A stretch of DNA of 64,000 nt from Macrostomum lignano (GCA_002269645.1 NIVC01000330.1:1-64000), one strand, 5' to 3'. Shown: positions 49,017-61,995, counted from the stretch's first letter. Notes: a model not told the origin generated them from the letters alone. Program-made: numbers and translations.

Positions 49017-51244
49017 TATGTCAGGCTTGTCAAGGACATTCTGAGGCGCTGTGTTAATTGGCGCATAGGGGGGGGGGTACAAAATGCAGCATGCCCAGAA
49101 TCTTTTAATAACAATAATAGCTCGATGTTCTAGAAGCGTAGCACTCGACTCCTGTTTGAGAAGGTGCGCAGCAAAAAAGTTAGCCTTGCTCTTCGATTTC
49201 GTGTGTCTGCTGCTCTTTCTGGCGCAGCACAATGCCAGTAAGGTGGGGAGGTGGGGGGGTGAAAACGGGGGTTGCGAAATGGTTTTGCAAACCTACAGCT
49301 AAAAAACTTCAATCTCCACGCAGTAGAAGAACATACACAGTGAGTGGCCAGACTTTAACTAGATGAGCAAAAAATAATTTGCATTTATGTCTGCATCAAA
49401 ATAAAAAGCAATTCACAGAAAATACTGCCGGAGCAAGAGTCTGAGCTGTGAGTCTGTCCCTTGTGAACTTGCGCACAGAGATTTTCTGTATTCAATTAAT
49501 TACAAAATGCTGCAAGGCAAAGATACCTCAGCTTCAAATGCAAGCTAGGTTCTTCACTAGCAACTTTTGGCTGATGTCTGAGGCCAAGCTCAATGGTTTA
49601 GGGCTGACAGCTCGAAAATTTTGTCTATTTGGTTTATGCGAACTGATGCTTTAAGCATATGAGTTCATTTTGTCAATTGTCATCGTAATTAAAACCTTTC
49701 CGAACTGGTCATTTCATTTTCATGTTCTGTTGAACACCCACTATAACTATACTTGGCTCACGGCCGCAGAGCCCATGTAATCGTCAGTTGTGCCCGCGGT
49801 TTTTGAACGCGGGCAGGAATCCATTCTTGTTTGACTCTGCATGTAAGAATGATACATATGACAGTTCCGCACCCTCAATCGTGCAGGATTGCTGATGTCT
49901 ATGGAAAAACATCAAAACAACAGGCAGAGTAAAATGAGGATGTGATTTTAAAGAACGCAATACCTGCGCCCGCTAGTTTCGTCGCGTCTATGGTTAATGC
50001 TTAGTGGCGTTGTCGAAATGCTAAGACAACACCAGCTCTGCCTATGGATTTGAGGGCAAGAATGGAGACGGAATCTGAGGTCTGCTTCGCAGAATTATTA
50101 GTTGAGTCACGTCGAGTTCCAGGCTTGTACGAGTTCGAGTAGCTACGAGCGTACTACTTTCGTCGTGCTATGTCGATCAGTTGGGCACACAAAACCGGAA
50201 CGGCCCATCCGAGATTTCTATGGCTTAAGCGTTTAAATTAACTAACGAGCATATGGAGTATATGGTACTAGTATATGGAACGATGAACCAGAATATTTAC
50301 AGATAAATCGATTTTTGCTCATATTGCAAAAAATCTAGCATCTCTGCATCCATTTTGCAGCTTGCTTCCTTGCGTCCTCAACGAGGCAAAACTTCCAAAC
50401 TGCCGGCTTGTGGTGGACAGAAGTTTTGGATACTACTAACAACACCTTTTGACTACGCATTCGTCACACTTATCACACTTATAGAAATGCATTTTTATTT
50501 CTTACCTAATCTGCGAAGGATGCATTTGTCTTCGATCGGTTAGTTTAAGGATACAGTTGTGCTCAGAATGCGAAGCTCGACCTCTTAGTCTAACGAAGCT
50601 ACTGGGGAAAATGAGTGCAAAGCAAGTTCATCTTTTTTAAGAAAATAAATAATGGTACGTGGGTAAGAAATGGAGAGAGAAAGAGATGGGGAGAGACGGA
50701 CTGTGTCGGACAGAGAAGCTTACCGCGGGTATGAGCTGTTTGCATGCAACCTGCCGACTGAGAGCACGTGTGTATAATTATATTATGAAAGTTAACACAC
50801 AGCCAAGGATACTTTGGAGTGACACCGCGACGGGGGTCATAGCGTGCCCCCTTTTCGCATAATTTCTACACCTTTCCGTACATTTTTTCTTTCTCACCAC
50901 CCCTCCGGAAAAGTCCATGCGACAGAATTTTCTGGCGCCTTTGAGACCTTGAATAAAGAGTATGGAGCATTTTTTCTACAACTTAAAAGTAGGAATACCA
51001 AGCCATTTTTCGCCCATCGAACTACCAAGGGGGGACCCCTGACAATTTTTGCTTGCGCCGGAACGGAGCAACGCAAGCACACGAAATTCAAGAACACGGA
51101 CTACCTTTTGTTGCGCACCTTCTCAAACAAGTCGCCAGCCATCCGGACCGTTGAAATATTCGACGATTCTTCTAAAGGTCGGATTTTTTTTCCGTAAGCG
51201 CTGGTGCATTGAGTACACCCATGTGCGCCAATCAGCAGTGCGCC

Positions 51245-51670
51245 TCCGTTGTTTTTCGACATCCTGTACAGAATTTATCTCTCTACAAGATGCGCAATTC
51301 TATTTTTGTCAATCCTAATTCTGAGAGGAGCAGCGAGCTTTTTTGTACAGGACCCCCTCTTTCACAGTGTTTTATATAGAGAATGCCTTATAAAAATCTG
51401 CAGTCAGACGGCTTGTTGTCTATGGTATAAAACGCATCACTATAACACGACGCAGCAGCAGAATTGACTACAAGCTTAACTGAATAGCGATGATGCCTGT
51501 GCAGAAAACCTAGATATTTCAATAAGGCGTTGGCTATGTTAAACTCCCTAGAAAAAAAAGGGGGTCCTGTACAAAAAGGCTCACTGCTCCTCTCAGAATG
51601 AAGCTTGACAAACATCGAGTTGTGCATCTTGTAGAGGGATAAATTCTGTTCAGGATGGCGAACAAACAGC
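51245..51670. repeat. MITE-like inverted repeat (arms about 115 bp)
   Basis: 51245-51360 (..CATCCTGTACAGAATTTATCTCTCTACAAGATGC..CTGAGAGGAGCAGCGAGCTTTTTTGTACAGGACCCCC) is the imperfect reverse complement of 51560-51670. Confidence 0.65.
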
Positions 51671-52017
51671 TTTCTGCGTTTAGTAATAAGTTCTAGGGAG
51701 CACTAAAAAACCAGCCTCCAACTATTTTCTGCATGATTTGGCCACTTTCCCGTCCCTAGTTTAAGCAGTCCCTAGCCACCAATTTTTCTTGTTCGCTATG
51801 CACGCTATGGACTTGGCTGCAGCTTCAAAAGGGTAAAAATGCTAATTTAATGGGTCTGCGTGTAGAAAGCCACAAACGAATTTTGTGGCTCTAAAATCTT
51901 TAAATATCGTGTAAAATTAAAACTTTCTTTTCCAAATATAGAAAAAAACGCTTTGTTTTGCTACTGAAAGAATATATCAGCGCATTGTATCTCGCTATTG
52001 TGTGTGTTAAGTAAATA

Positions 52018-52162
52018 ATAAACGCCGTTTAATTCACATTCTGTGGTTAGAATGTCCGAGGCTGCATTTAATGGTTCCGAGGCGAGCAAAGCGAGCCGAG
52101 GACCATTGATTGTAGCCGAGGATATTCTAACCATAGACTATGGTGAATTAAGCGGCGTTTAT
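52018..52162 (+). other. 145-bp imperfect palindrome/hairpin with three tandem GA/GA mismatches and an AAA loop
   Basis: ATAAACGCCG..TTAATTCAC..TGGTTAGAAT.TCCGAGGCT..ATGGTTCCGAGGCGAGC-AAA-GCGAGCCGAGGACCATT..AGCCGAGGATATTCTAACCA..GTGAATTAA.CGGCGTTTAT, read directly from the sequence. Confidence 0.85.
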
Positions 52163-52372
52163 CATATATGAACTTCGATATCTTATTTTTCGGGGGCATC
52201 CCATCTGATTGATAGACATTATAGGCTTAGGCCATTTGATTCCGACCATAGACAAATCAAATACGTTTCTCACGAAGATGCAGTCACGAAGCAGCCAGTC
52301 AATCAGTGGTGGCAAAAAGTAAAAGCCAAATTCAGAGTCGCTTCTTCTTCAAAATAGAATCAAAAATACAAT

Positions 52373-53622
52373 ATGGAAGGCTTAGAAGACCTCAATTTTG
52401 ACGCTTTTTTTGCTGCTGTTGGAATAGAGTCGACAACTCGAGTTTCTGCTGAGTCCCTGGACGAAGCTGCTCTAAAAAAAGAATCGAAGAAAGTTTGCCT
52501 GCCGCTACCCGAGCGAAGGAAAAATGGGCAATGAAGTTATTTAATCTATGGAAAGAGACGCGCGTCAATCGTCAATTGGCAGGCGAAGAGTCGGGACTTA
52601 TGGTTCTCAAGCCAACCGAGGATCTAACGAAATCCGACCTGAACCATTTGCTCCAGTATTTTGTGTTCGAAGTTCGTAAAGAGAATGGAGAAAAGTTTCC
52701 ACCTGGCACCATCAAAGATCTAGTCTCCATGATCCAGCACCACTTTGTTTACGGACTTAAACGGACTCTTTCCATCTGGACTGATGCCGAGTTCGCTGAA
52801 ACGCGACGTGCGCTAGATGCTGCCATGCGAGAGACCGCCCGGGAAGGACAATTAAATGGTGGACGGGCAGCTGCACCAATTGCTTCGGATAGTGAGAATA
52901 TCTAATGGGAGCGAGGTCTATTAGGAGATGATTCTCCGAAGGTGCTACTCAACACCCTAATATTCATGATCGGTAAAGTCTTTGGATTGCGAGGCGGTAG
53001 TGAGTTACACAGACTCGAAATCAACAAGCAGCTGCAGCTATCTATCGAGGGAACGGACGAGGTTCTCGTGTACAAAGAGAGTTCCGTTTCAAAGACAAGG
53101 CCTGGTGGTTTGAAGACATTTAATAGGCCGCTCAAGCAAAATTCAGTGTTTCATACTCCCGGTCACGTTCGTTGCCTAGTGTGTCTGTATAAGAAGTACG
53201 TTGGTTATCGTCCGCCAGACTGCTCTAAGCCGCAGCTATTTCTATCGTGCATCCGCAAGGAAGACACTATTCGCTCCGGCAAGTGGTACCAAAATCAATC
53301 GCTTGGTGTCCACAGTTTGGAAGCTGTTGTTCGGAATCTGCTTGTTGGTCTACCTGAACCAAGTTCAGGGCGCTACACGAATCAGAGTCTTAGAAAGACC
53401 TGTGCCACCACGCTTCGGGATGCTGGAATTTCAAGGCCAGAAATTGCTCGTTTTACCGGTCATTCTTCATCTGCGATGGAGCGATACATCGGGCCATCAG
53501 CTAAAGTTGCTCGACTGGCCTCTGATGTTCTGCAGAACGTTTTTGTCTCGTCTGGATCATCAGCCTCGTTATTTAATTCGAAATTGAACAAAACAGTGGC
53601 AGCCGGTACATGTATTGACTGA
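52373..53622 (+). mobile_element. Decayed Crypton-type (DUF3504-like) tyrosine recombinase gene
   Basis: ORFs 52495-52905 and 52942-53622 share a frame and are separated by one in-frame TAA (ENI*WERGLLGDDSPKVLLNTL). The ATG at 52373 joins by a -1 slip in an A-run at ~52473. Motifs are KWAMKLFNLW, LQYFVFEVRKENGEKFPPGT, FGLRGGSELH, TNQSLRKTCAT, IARFTGH and MERY. Confidence 0.82.
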
Positions 53623-53844
53623 CTGACCATTGTCGCTGACTCAACAGTTAAAACAACCGCGCCTTCTTGCCCGGCAGCTATTGGCATACATGCGGGATCT
53701 GCTCCAGACACAGGAACTGGGATTACCCGCTTCCTTGATTCGGCTGATACCAGATCCTTGCCATTGGAATACAGCGACTGTAGGGCAGGAGGACTGTAGG
53801 GCATCCTGACGCTGTGACGCAACACCTTCGGCGACATCGGGGGG

Positions 53845-54035
53845 GGGGGGGCGTAGCCCAGCGGTCTAGCGCAGGCTCTGGTGTACCAGCGACCCAGGCT
53901 CGATTCCAAGTGCAGTCACATTAATTTGGGGCTGAATTGGAATCTTGGCTTGGCTATGCTCGTGCAATTAACGGTCTTGAAAGCCAACCCCCCAAGGCGC
54001 AGTGAAATGTACATGCCTAACGATAAAATAAAGTT
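53845..54035 (+). mobile_element. tRNA-derived SINE
   Basis: A box TAGCCCAGCGG, B box GGCTCGATTCC and a 3' AATAAAGTT end. A diverged 5'-truncated copy lies at ~59662-59817. Confidence 0.65.
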
Positions 54036-54713
54036 AGGGCGGCTGTACACTCCTGTGTGTTGTGCCTGCGTACGTATCCGCGCGCTTGTATGCCTGCTCA
54101 GGGGAGTCGGCGGAATGGGCAGTAATGCCTCTCGCCGGTTGTGTGCCTATGTCGCTTAAAGTGCGCCAGGGTGCACACAACCCCCCTGCCTTTAATAATA
54201 ATAAATTCGGCGACATCATCCCACAACCAGCGCCGAGGCCGTCTGCCCGCAGACACCCAGGCATACTGTACACAGACACGCACTCGTACACACGCTCACA
54301 CAAGGTGTACAGCGGCCCTGACTGTGTAGTCATCAGGATGTACACTCTCTGTGCCTTGGGGGGGGGGTTGGTCCTCATGGGTTGTGAACAAGGACGACCC
54401 TGCCCCTGTTTACCTTAGATGCAAGATAAAATAATCAATTAGAACGTATGTACTATATACTATGAAATTTTCGATGCAAACTCTCTGGAGTTTGGCATGC
54501 TATATACTAGAGATTTATATTATTGTAGTTAAGCGTATTCTGTTTCAATAAATATTCAGACAGAATGGACCTTCTAGAAATGTAAATTGTATTCAAGTCA
54601 AATTGAAAATACACGTACAAATATGCACCATATGCACTTTAAGTTGTCTGTTTCGCGGTCTTTAAAGATTACCAAGCAGAAGTTGAAACTAAATTGCAAA
54701 TCATGCCATCGGA

Positions 54714-57700
54714 TCAGAAACCGCCGGTCTTTGACGGCTTGCGAAAGTCAGCGTTGGCTTGCAGCTGGCCGCCTGACAGTCGCTGAATCCCTTCGACCAC
54801 GCTGGTGGAACTGAACGGCTGCACCTTGTGACCTTTTTGGCGTAGCCGCTGCTTGATACTCTGCAACAAAATTCAATTCATTTGATAGGATTTAATTCAG
54901 TGAAACACGTCGAAATCTACAGTTTCTTGTAAAACCATGCACGTTGAAATAATTTAACATGGTTTGCGAGCAAATTAGTCCTTAGAAAGTTAACTTACAA
55001 CCTAAGCTAAGTTTACGAGATCCTACGAGACTTTACGAGATACTACAAGATATCCTACGAGATCTTACGAGATACTACAAGATATCCTACGAGATCTTAC
55101 GAGATACTACAAGATATCCTACGAGATCTTACGAGATACTACAAGATATCCTACGAGATCTTACGAGATACTACAAGATATCCTACGAGATCTTACGAGA
55201 TCGTACGACGAGATCCTAAGAGATACTACGGGATCCCACGAGACCTTTCGAGATCTTATGAGATCTTATGAGATCTTACGAAATCTTACGAAATCTTACG
55301 AAATCTTATGAGATCTTATGAGATCTGAAGAGATGTTGCGAGAGCTGAATAGATCTTAAGAGATTCTAAGAGATCTGACGAGATCTTACGAGATCTCTTA
55401 TGAGGTCTTACAAAATCCTAAGACATCTTATGAGATCCTGCTGGATCTTACTAGATTTTACGAGTTTCTAGGAGATCTTATGAGATCTTACGACATCGGA
55501 CAAGATCTTACGAGTTTCTAGGGGATCTTACGAGATCATAAGACATCTTATGAGATCCTACTGGATCTTACTAAATCTTACGAGATCCTAGGAAATCTTA
55601 CGAGATCTTACGAGATTCTACCAGATTTGACGAAATCTTACGAGCTCGTAACAATCCGTCATTTCTGTGAAAGACTTTGCCTTATGTTTTAATTAGATGG
55701 ACAAAAAATTGTCCCCATCTCTGTTATTTGAATAAATTTTACGCCAGAAATCAAACTAAAACAGATATTCAGTTTGTTAAAAGCCATTGCTCTTCATGTT
55801 CTGTGTTGCACAAATAATGATATATTCATGTGAAAGACAGAATCGGGGAATAAAACGTGAGACTGTGGGATATTTCTCCAGTAACTTTTTTTGTGAACCA
55901 AAACCTGAAAAAGCTGACTGTCTCTCCATCATAATGGATTACGAGGTTGTGTTTATTACTTCAAGTAGTAGCACCAAATTTAGTTCATGGGGCGCCCCAA
56001 AACTCTTTGGGAACTTGGTTGTGCTACACGTAATAAGTATCGTTAGTTAGTTGTTAGTTCTTGGGCTTTGCCTCCCCCCAATATAAAATCGGAGTTTTCA
56101 AACACGGACTTACCTCAGGGGGATCGCACTTGGCTGGATTGTAGTTGAGCACATTCGGCAGCAGCTGGTGATGCAGTCGATAGGAGTCCACAGCCGCCTT
56201 GACCGTCTCATTCAGGTACAGCTGTCTGGCCAGCGTGTAAGCGATAGCCGTGGTGATGCGCGAGCCGCCAGAAGCGCCGCTGACAAACTGGACGTGACCA
56301 TCGGCGTTAACGACGATCATCGGCGCCATTGAAGACATCGGGCGCTTGTTCGCCGCAATAAAGTTGGTGGGCGACGGAGGCAGACCGTAATAATTGGTCC
56401 TGTTAGGCTGTGAAAAGTCGTCCATCTCGTTGTTGTAGACTATGCCGGTCTTTTCGCCACGAACTAATGAGCCGAAACTGTAGATAGTAACAAATGTCTT
56501 TCAAAACTTTTCAAGCGGTATGATTTCTCTTTGAAATAAGACGCTTTTTTCTATTTGGTCCTGATTTTTCTATTACTAGGAGCTGAATCAAATAAGTTGG
56601 ATGCCAGGTGTGCGTGACAGCAAGACATGTTCGGTAGCGTGAAAAAACTAGCTTGTGAATCAATTAAACCAAGTTTCATGGCTAACCTTCTGTAAAATCT
56701 TTTAAAAGCTGTCCAATGGTGTTCCTATAGAGTCAACAGCAATTGAGTCGTCGCTTACTATGTATTAATAGTTGAAGTCACAGCAACTGCGTTGCCGTCA
56801 GAGTCCACAAGAGACACGTGAGTCGTGCCAGAGTCCTCCTTCCACTCGAACATTGGTCCATAGTAGTTGACATCGTGCGTGGCATCGTCGGTGATGCGAC
56901 TGCGAAGCTCCGACGCGTAGCTGCTGCTCGTCATGTTGGCCACCAGCTCGGTCACGTTCACGAAGGCCGCGTCGCCCAGACCGGAGCGCTTCGCGTAAGC
57001 GAACTTGAACGACTCGACGAGACGGTGGAGAAATTTGACGTAGCCATCCTGCGTCGACCTCGCTTGAGCAGAGTCTCCGGCGTAGCCGTCCATGATGCCG
57101 AGGATGAGAGAAAGGACGGCTCCGCTACTCGGAGGAGGCAGCGAGTAGAGCGTCAGGCCCTTCGATGGCAAGGTCGCCGTGAGCGGCGTGAGTCGCCTAG
57201 TTTGGTACTTCTGAAATATGTGATAATGTAGGAATGATAGAGAATGGAAAAAAGAAACCAGTTTAGGTTGAAGATGGAAATCATTAACTTATCATCGTTT
57301 TCTTTTGTACTGTATTGCAGAGGTCTCTATTGCCATATATTAGGTTAATTAAATTTTTAATACGCTCATGTTTAATTTTTACCATAAGGTCATCCTTGGT
57401 AATGTTGCCTCCAGCCGCCCGCACCTCCTGCAGGATGTCATCAGCGAGGCTCCCGTTGTAGAATGATTGCGGATCGCTTGCAATCTTGTCCATTGTACTG
57501 GCCATTGCGTGGTCCACCAGCAACTCACCGGCACGGTACGGTTTATTGGTGTTAGGATTGACCATCCAGTTCTTCAGCACCTTAAATGGAGCCACATCCG
57601 GCACTCGCGGGTAAACTGTCGCGATGGCATCGGCCAGCGGGCGAGACACGCGCTGGCCCTCGCGAAGCACTCGCGAGACCGGCTCGACCACGGAGCGCCA

Positions 57701-59090
57701 CGGAAGGCGGCCGTGCGCCGCGTGCACCGCTGCCAGACCGGCGACCTCGCCCGGCACGCCGATCGCCAGACCGCCGTAGAGGGAAGCGTTCGACGGCAGG
57801 CCGGAGGTGCTGTTGTACATGTCGCGGTACGCGGCGGCAGGCGCCGATTCGCGGAAGTCAAACGCGGTGGCTGTCTTGGAGGTGCTGTTTTAAGTTTGGC
57901 ACGCGAGCTTGGCATGTCAGTTTTTTATTGTTCCTCTAAAACCCGCTGTATAACCCCTTCGTCTTATGCAGCAAGAGACAGGTTTGTAGAAATACGCTCG
58001 TATGTTTTAATAACCAGTTTAAATACACACTTCATTTTGGATTTATAAACTATATTTTGATTTTTTCATTACACCTGCCTCAATTGGTGCAGATGTGCAA
58101 CCGACAGCTCAGCCGCAGCTATTGCTCGGCGCATCTGAAGGCTGCGTACGGCTGTTCAGTCCAAGGACTGGGGGGTCGCCATACACACCCTCAATTACCC
58201 CAGCTAATGCTGGCACCCATTGTACAGCTGGGTGAACTGAAGCAATGCAGAGTTAAGTGTCTTACTCAAGGACACAAATTGTTCCAGTGGGATCAAAAAT
58301 CGAACCCTATACATTCAAGTGGCGAGTCAGACGCTCTAACCACTAGGCTACAACCCCCTTTGTAACCTGCCCTATAAATAACATACCCTACTATGATGCC
58401 GCCTTTGCGTCTGGAGTAAAACAAGACCCTAACCTTCTATATGCATGTTAGACTGCTAGACTGCATAACTGCTCATGCTATAGTGTTTATTAAGAAATGG
58501 AAACCACTTTACTTTCTACGAGTATAGGCCGTCACTGATTATGGTAAAATAAACAGAACTGCGCCTACCGGTTGTAGTAAACCAGAAAGGAGCCTCCGCC
58601 GATTCCTGCGCTGTGGAAGTTGGAGACGCCGACGCACAGCACCGTGGCCACTCCGGCGTCCATGGCGTTTCCGCCGAGTACATTGAGCACGTGATCTCCT
58701 ATGGTGCTGCACACTGCGGAGTCTGACGAGACGGCATTGTACTGATAGATGTCAGTGCCGGAGTCGGAGACGCAGTTTCTTCGCCATTCGGGTGTTTCTG
58801 TGATCCACGTTACACGTGTTGGTTAACAGATAGGTGGACAGAAAGATATAGGAGTATTGTCAGTAGCAGAAACTACGTTCCTATGCAAGAGCTACGTTTT
58901 TTAAGTACCGGTGGTATACTCTCTAGGATTGTATTGATTGACAACTCAGACTAAGAGCATCTTACCTGTCCCCTTGTCGCCGCCTCCACCGCTATGGCTG
59001 CCGCTGCACCGAGCGAACAGCGCGGCGAAGACAATTACCAGCACAATCAGCGTTGCGAGGAAGACTGCGAGAAGGCCGAACAGGAGCCTG
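54714..59090 (-). CDS. GGT: Gamma-glutamyltranspeptidase paralog 4 (start exon not located)
   Basis: Exons 59090-58966 (TM), 58797-58569, 57884-57383, 57210-56759, 56477-56114 (GT donor) and 54860-54714. Exon sizes 229/452/364/147 match paralog 1 and the motifs are intact. Confidence 0.92.
55010..55650. repeat. Degenerate GATCTTACGA-based minisatellite with a 32-bp higher-order core, in the last intron of GGT paralog 4
   Basis: GATACTACAAGATATCCTACGAGATCTTACGA x~5, followed by decayed 10-11-bp subunits. Confidence 0.85.
58070..58358 (-). mobile_element. tRNA-derived SINE with a CORE/Meta-like central domain, in a GGT paralog 4 intron
   Basis: The minus strand reads GTAGCCTAGTGGTTAGAGCG (A box), GGGTTCGAT (B box), then GTGTCCTTGAGTAAGACACTTAACTCTGCATTGCTTCAGTTCACCCAGCTGTACAATGGGT. 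This resembles the conserved central domains of metazoan SINE superfamilies. Confidence 0.72.
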
Positions 59091-59661
59091 CTGTTGAGAT
59101 TGGGATTGTGATTGTTGCTAGTAGTGGGATGACAAAAACAGGCGTACGAGTATTTTTGAAGGTTTCTTAGTTTATTCGTATCAATTCACTCCTACAACTC
59201 GTATAAGGAATGAATTTTTGCTATTTTATTTCTCTCCAGAGTATTTCGTCAAATGTTGTCTTGCAAAGCTAATGATCTAAACCATAGAGAAGCTATTATT
59301 GTACGCTTGTATTTTCAAACCATTTCATGGGGGCGAAGCCTATTGGTCTAGCGCGCTCTTATACTCAGCCACAATGAAAAGTCGATACTCTATGCGCCAG
59401 TGAGCAATTTCTCTTGGACCAAGTTCTAGCTCGTAAAATATAAGATACGAGAAAATTGATCGGGGTAGCTTTAATCCGCCCAGCCCTCGTAGCTCGTACA
59501 CCGCTCCCCCCTTCATTCCTCAACTCCTCAACTCAAGTCTGCCGCTTGGCGTAGCTAAGTTGCGTCACTCGCAAAGATTGAGAGACTTTACTTGCACTGT
59601 CAAAAGTAGCGACCACAGACGGAGTCTTCTATGATGGCGACTTTTCGATGTTGCTAAGTAA

Positions 59662-59817
59662 ATGTACCAGCGGCCCGGGCTCGATTTCAATTGCAGTCGC
59701 ATTAATTTGGGGCTAAATTGGAATCTCGGCTTGGCTCTGCTCGTGCAATTAACTCCCAGCTTGAGGGCCAACCCCCAAGGCACAGTGAAGTGTACATTCC
59801 TGACGATAAATAAAGTT
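59662..59817 (+). mobile_element. Truncated second copy of the 53845 SINE
   Basis: Colinear with 53880-54035 (TGTACCAGCG..GCTCGATT..TAATTTGGGGCT.AATTGGAATCT..AATAAAGTT). Confidence 0.65.
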
Positions 59818-60854
59818 ATGCCTGTGCGAAGTTGAATTGAATAGACTGTTGCTATTAATTGTGATTTTAGTTTGAGTTTTTGACCTTTTGAGTTCGCGGC
59901 GTAGGTTGTGTAACTCATGGGGGTTAAATTTTGAATGAGAAGTTCTCTTTGACTATGTACAATATGCGCAAGGTGGCATTTTTGCCTGTTTCTGAATGTA
60001 AAAAATGCACTGCAAGAGCCAATGCCAATATCAAAGTGGATACAGTTGTGAGACCAGTGTATTTTGGTTGATAAGTACGAGTGTACTTAGATTTATGAGT
60101 CATCTCACTGTGCAAAAACTCTAATAGTTGTTACAGTTATCCCAATAATTAATTCTCACCTTTTCTGTAAGTGCTGCATGCTTTGGCGAGGCAGGTGCGA
60201 AGCAAAACCTTGTCGCCTTTCGGTCGGACTGTTTTGAGTGCTAAATCGAATATGCTAAATCAAATTCATTATATCTTATTTATAATGCGATAAGAGAGCA
60301 AAAGTGGAGAGGAGGACAGACCAGTAGCTGCGCAAGCAGTAAAAATCTGTTGGTATGCAAAGCCGTTGCCGCCGATATGAGCAGCTGAAAGCTCACTAGC
60401 AATAGGACTATTAGGCATGAGGTTGAGATATTTCTTAGAAAAGTTTAAAGGAATTCAAGTATTTTGTCAATCATTGCTCTTTTCTGAACGAAGCGTCATC
60501 TGTAGATAGGAATTTTCAAAAAGAACATTTAAGTTTACTATTGAAAGGTCATTCACTTACGCCGCACGATAGTCGACTTTTTTAGATAAGTTTTTTGACC
60601 CAGTTGAGAAGAATTGCAAGTCGAAAACAAAGAATATAATAAGTTTTGCCTCCTCTCCTTGAGTCCGATCGGTTTAAAGCGGTTTATTCAATGTGCAATT
60701 AGTAAGTCAAAACGTTTACAATTCAGTTAGAAGGAGTGATGTGAAGGAGGACATTGAGCGATGCAACATTAAGGAAAAAAATTTCGAATAGTTTCGAGCA
60801 GATGTCCTGTTTATTAAGGTTTATTAAGGTGCCAAAGGTATAGCTAAATCTGCT

Positions 60855-61385
60855 TTAACGGTAGGAACACCAAGCCATTTTTTTACCTGTCGAACTACTA
60901 AGATTGGCATCCCCCAGAAACTTTTGGCTACGCCGAAACGGAGCAACTCAGGCACATGAACTTCAAGAACACGGGCACCTTCTCAAACAAGAATCAAGTG
61001 GCCAGTCCATCCGGATTGTCGAGTCACTCAACGATTCTACCAGAAGGTCTTGAAGAGAAGGAAGGTCAGAAGAAGGTATAGGACCCAGGCGACTATGGAC
61101 ACCCTGTTGGGAATTTCTCTGATGTCTCTGATCAAGCCTCGACAGTCGGGCACGCCTAAACTGCTGGAAATCCACAGTTGGTCTCCCAAGAATTCAGTCA
61201 CGAACCAGACGCCGTTTGCACCTTCAGAAGGTGGTGCCGCGGGGACTGGAGGCGCAGTATTGATTGGCGCCTATAGGAAAAATCCGACCTTCTGGTAGAA
61301 TTGTTGAATATCTCGACGGTCCGGAGGTGCGCAACAAAAAGTTGGCACGTGTTCTTGAATCTCGTGTGCCTGGATTGCTCTGATT
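60855..61385. repeat. Dispersed repeat family forming an inverted pair (+ 60855-61050, - 61270-61385); further copies at 49110-49215 (-) and 50960-51197 (+)
   Basis: Shared core GAGCAAC.CA.GCAC.CGAAATTCAAGAACACG...GCACCTTCTCAAACAAG...TCCGGA...CAACGATTCT is recognisable in all four places. Confidence 0.6.
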
Positions 61386-61995
61386 GGTGAAGCGTCCGTG
61401 GTAACCTTTTATCACCAATGTACGGATACTTGCACATGTCACGCTTTACGTCTGCTTTAAAGCACTCGACGAAATTTTTGCAGCTTAAACTCCTTTTTCA
61501 GTCAGAAACTTTCCCAATTTACATTTGTTGCATTCTCGCAGCTAAAATAGCAAAGTTGCCAAGGTAATTGCGAATTGATTTTGAATATGGAAATCTGCGT
61601 CGGATATTTAATAGTTGTTTTCTCTCTTTCTGAGCTGCATACAGTTCTGCTGGCATAGAATTTCGCCAAATTTCCGAATTTCGCCTACTGTTTCTACTTC
61701 AACCTGGCCTATTGGTTTCTCGGGTACACGCTTAAACTTCATTTACTTTCTCGTTTGAAAAATGAGGGCTTATGTTTATATATTATATAATAAAATTATT
61801 CGAATAGTGTCACAATACGCAAAAGTTTATTTTTTTAATGGAGAAAAAAACGAACAGATTCCTTTGCGTCTAAAGAAAAAAGTAGTCTTCTTCTACGAAA
61901 GCAAATCAATCAAAGCGCATCGATATCAAGGTTTGAAACTTTTCCCATGACAGCCACGGAGGAGCATGTCACAGGTTGCTCGAACTCAGGAGCCA

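Noticed and set aside
53460-53909. 149-aa minus-strand ORF overlapping the end of the recombinase
   Set aside because: It spans a SINE head, a G/C homopolymer and the antisense of the YR gene, and shows no recognisable domain.
53845-53920. A tRNA gene (also 58290-58358)
   Set aside because: A and B boxes are present but there is no complete cloverleaf or acceptor stem. Both continue into repeat bodies typical of SINEs.
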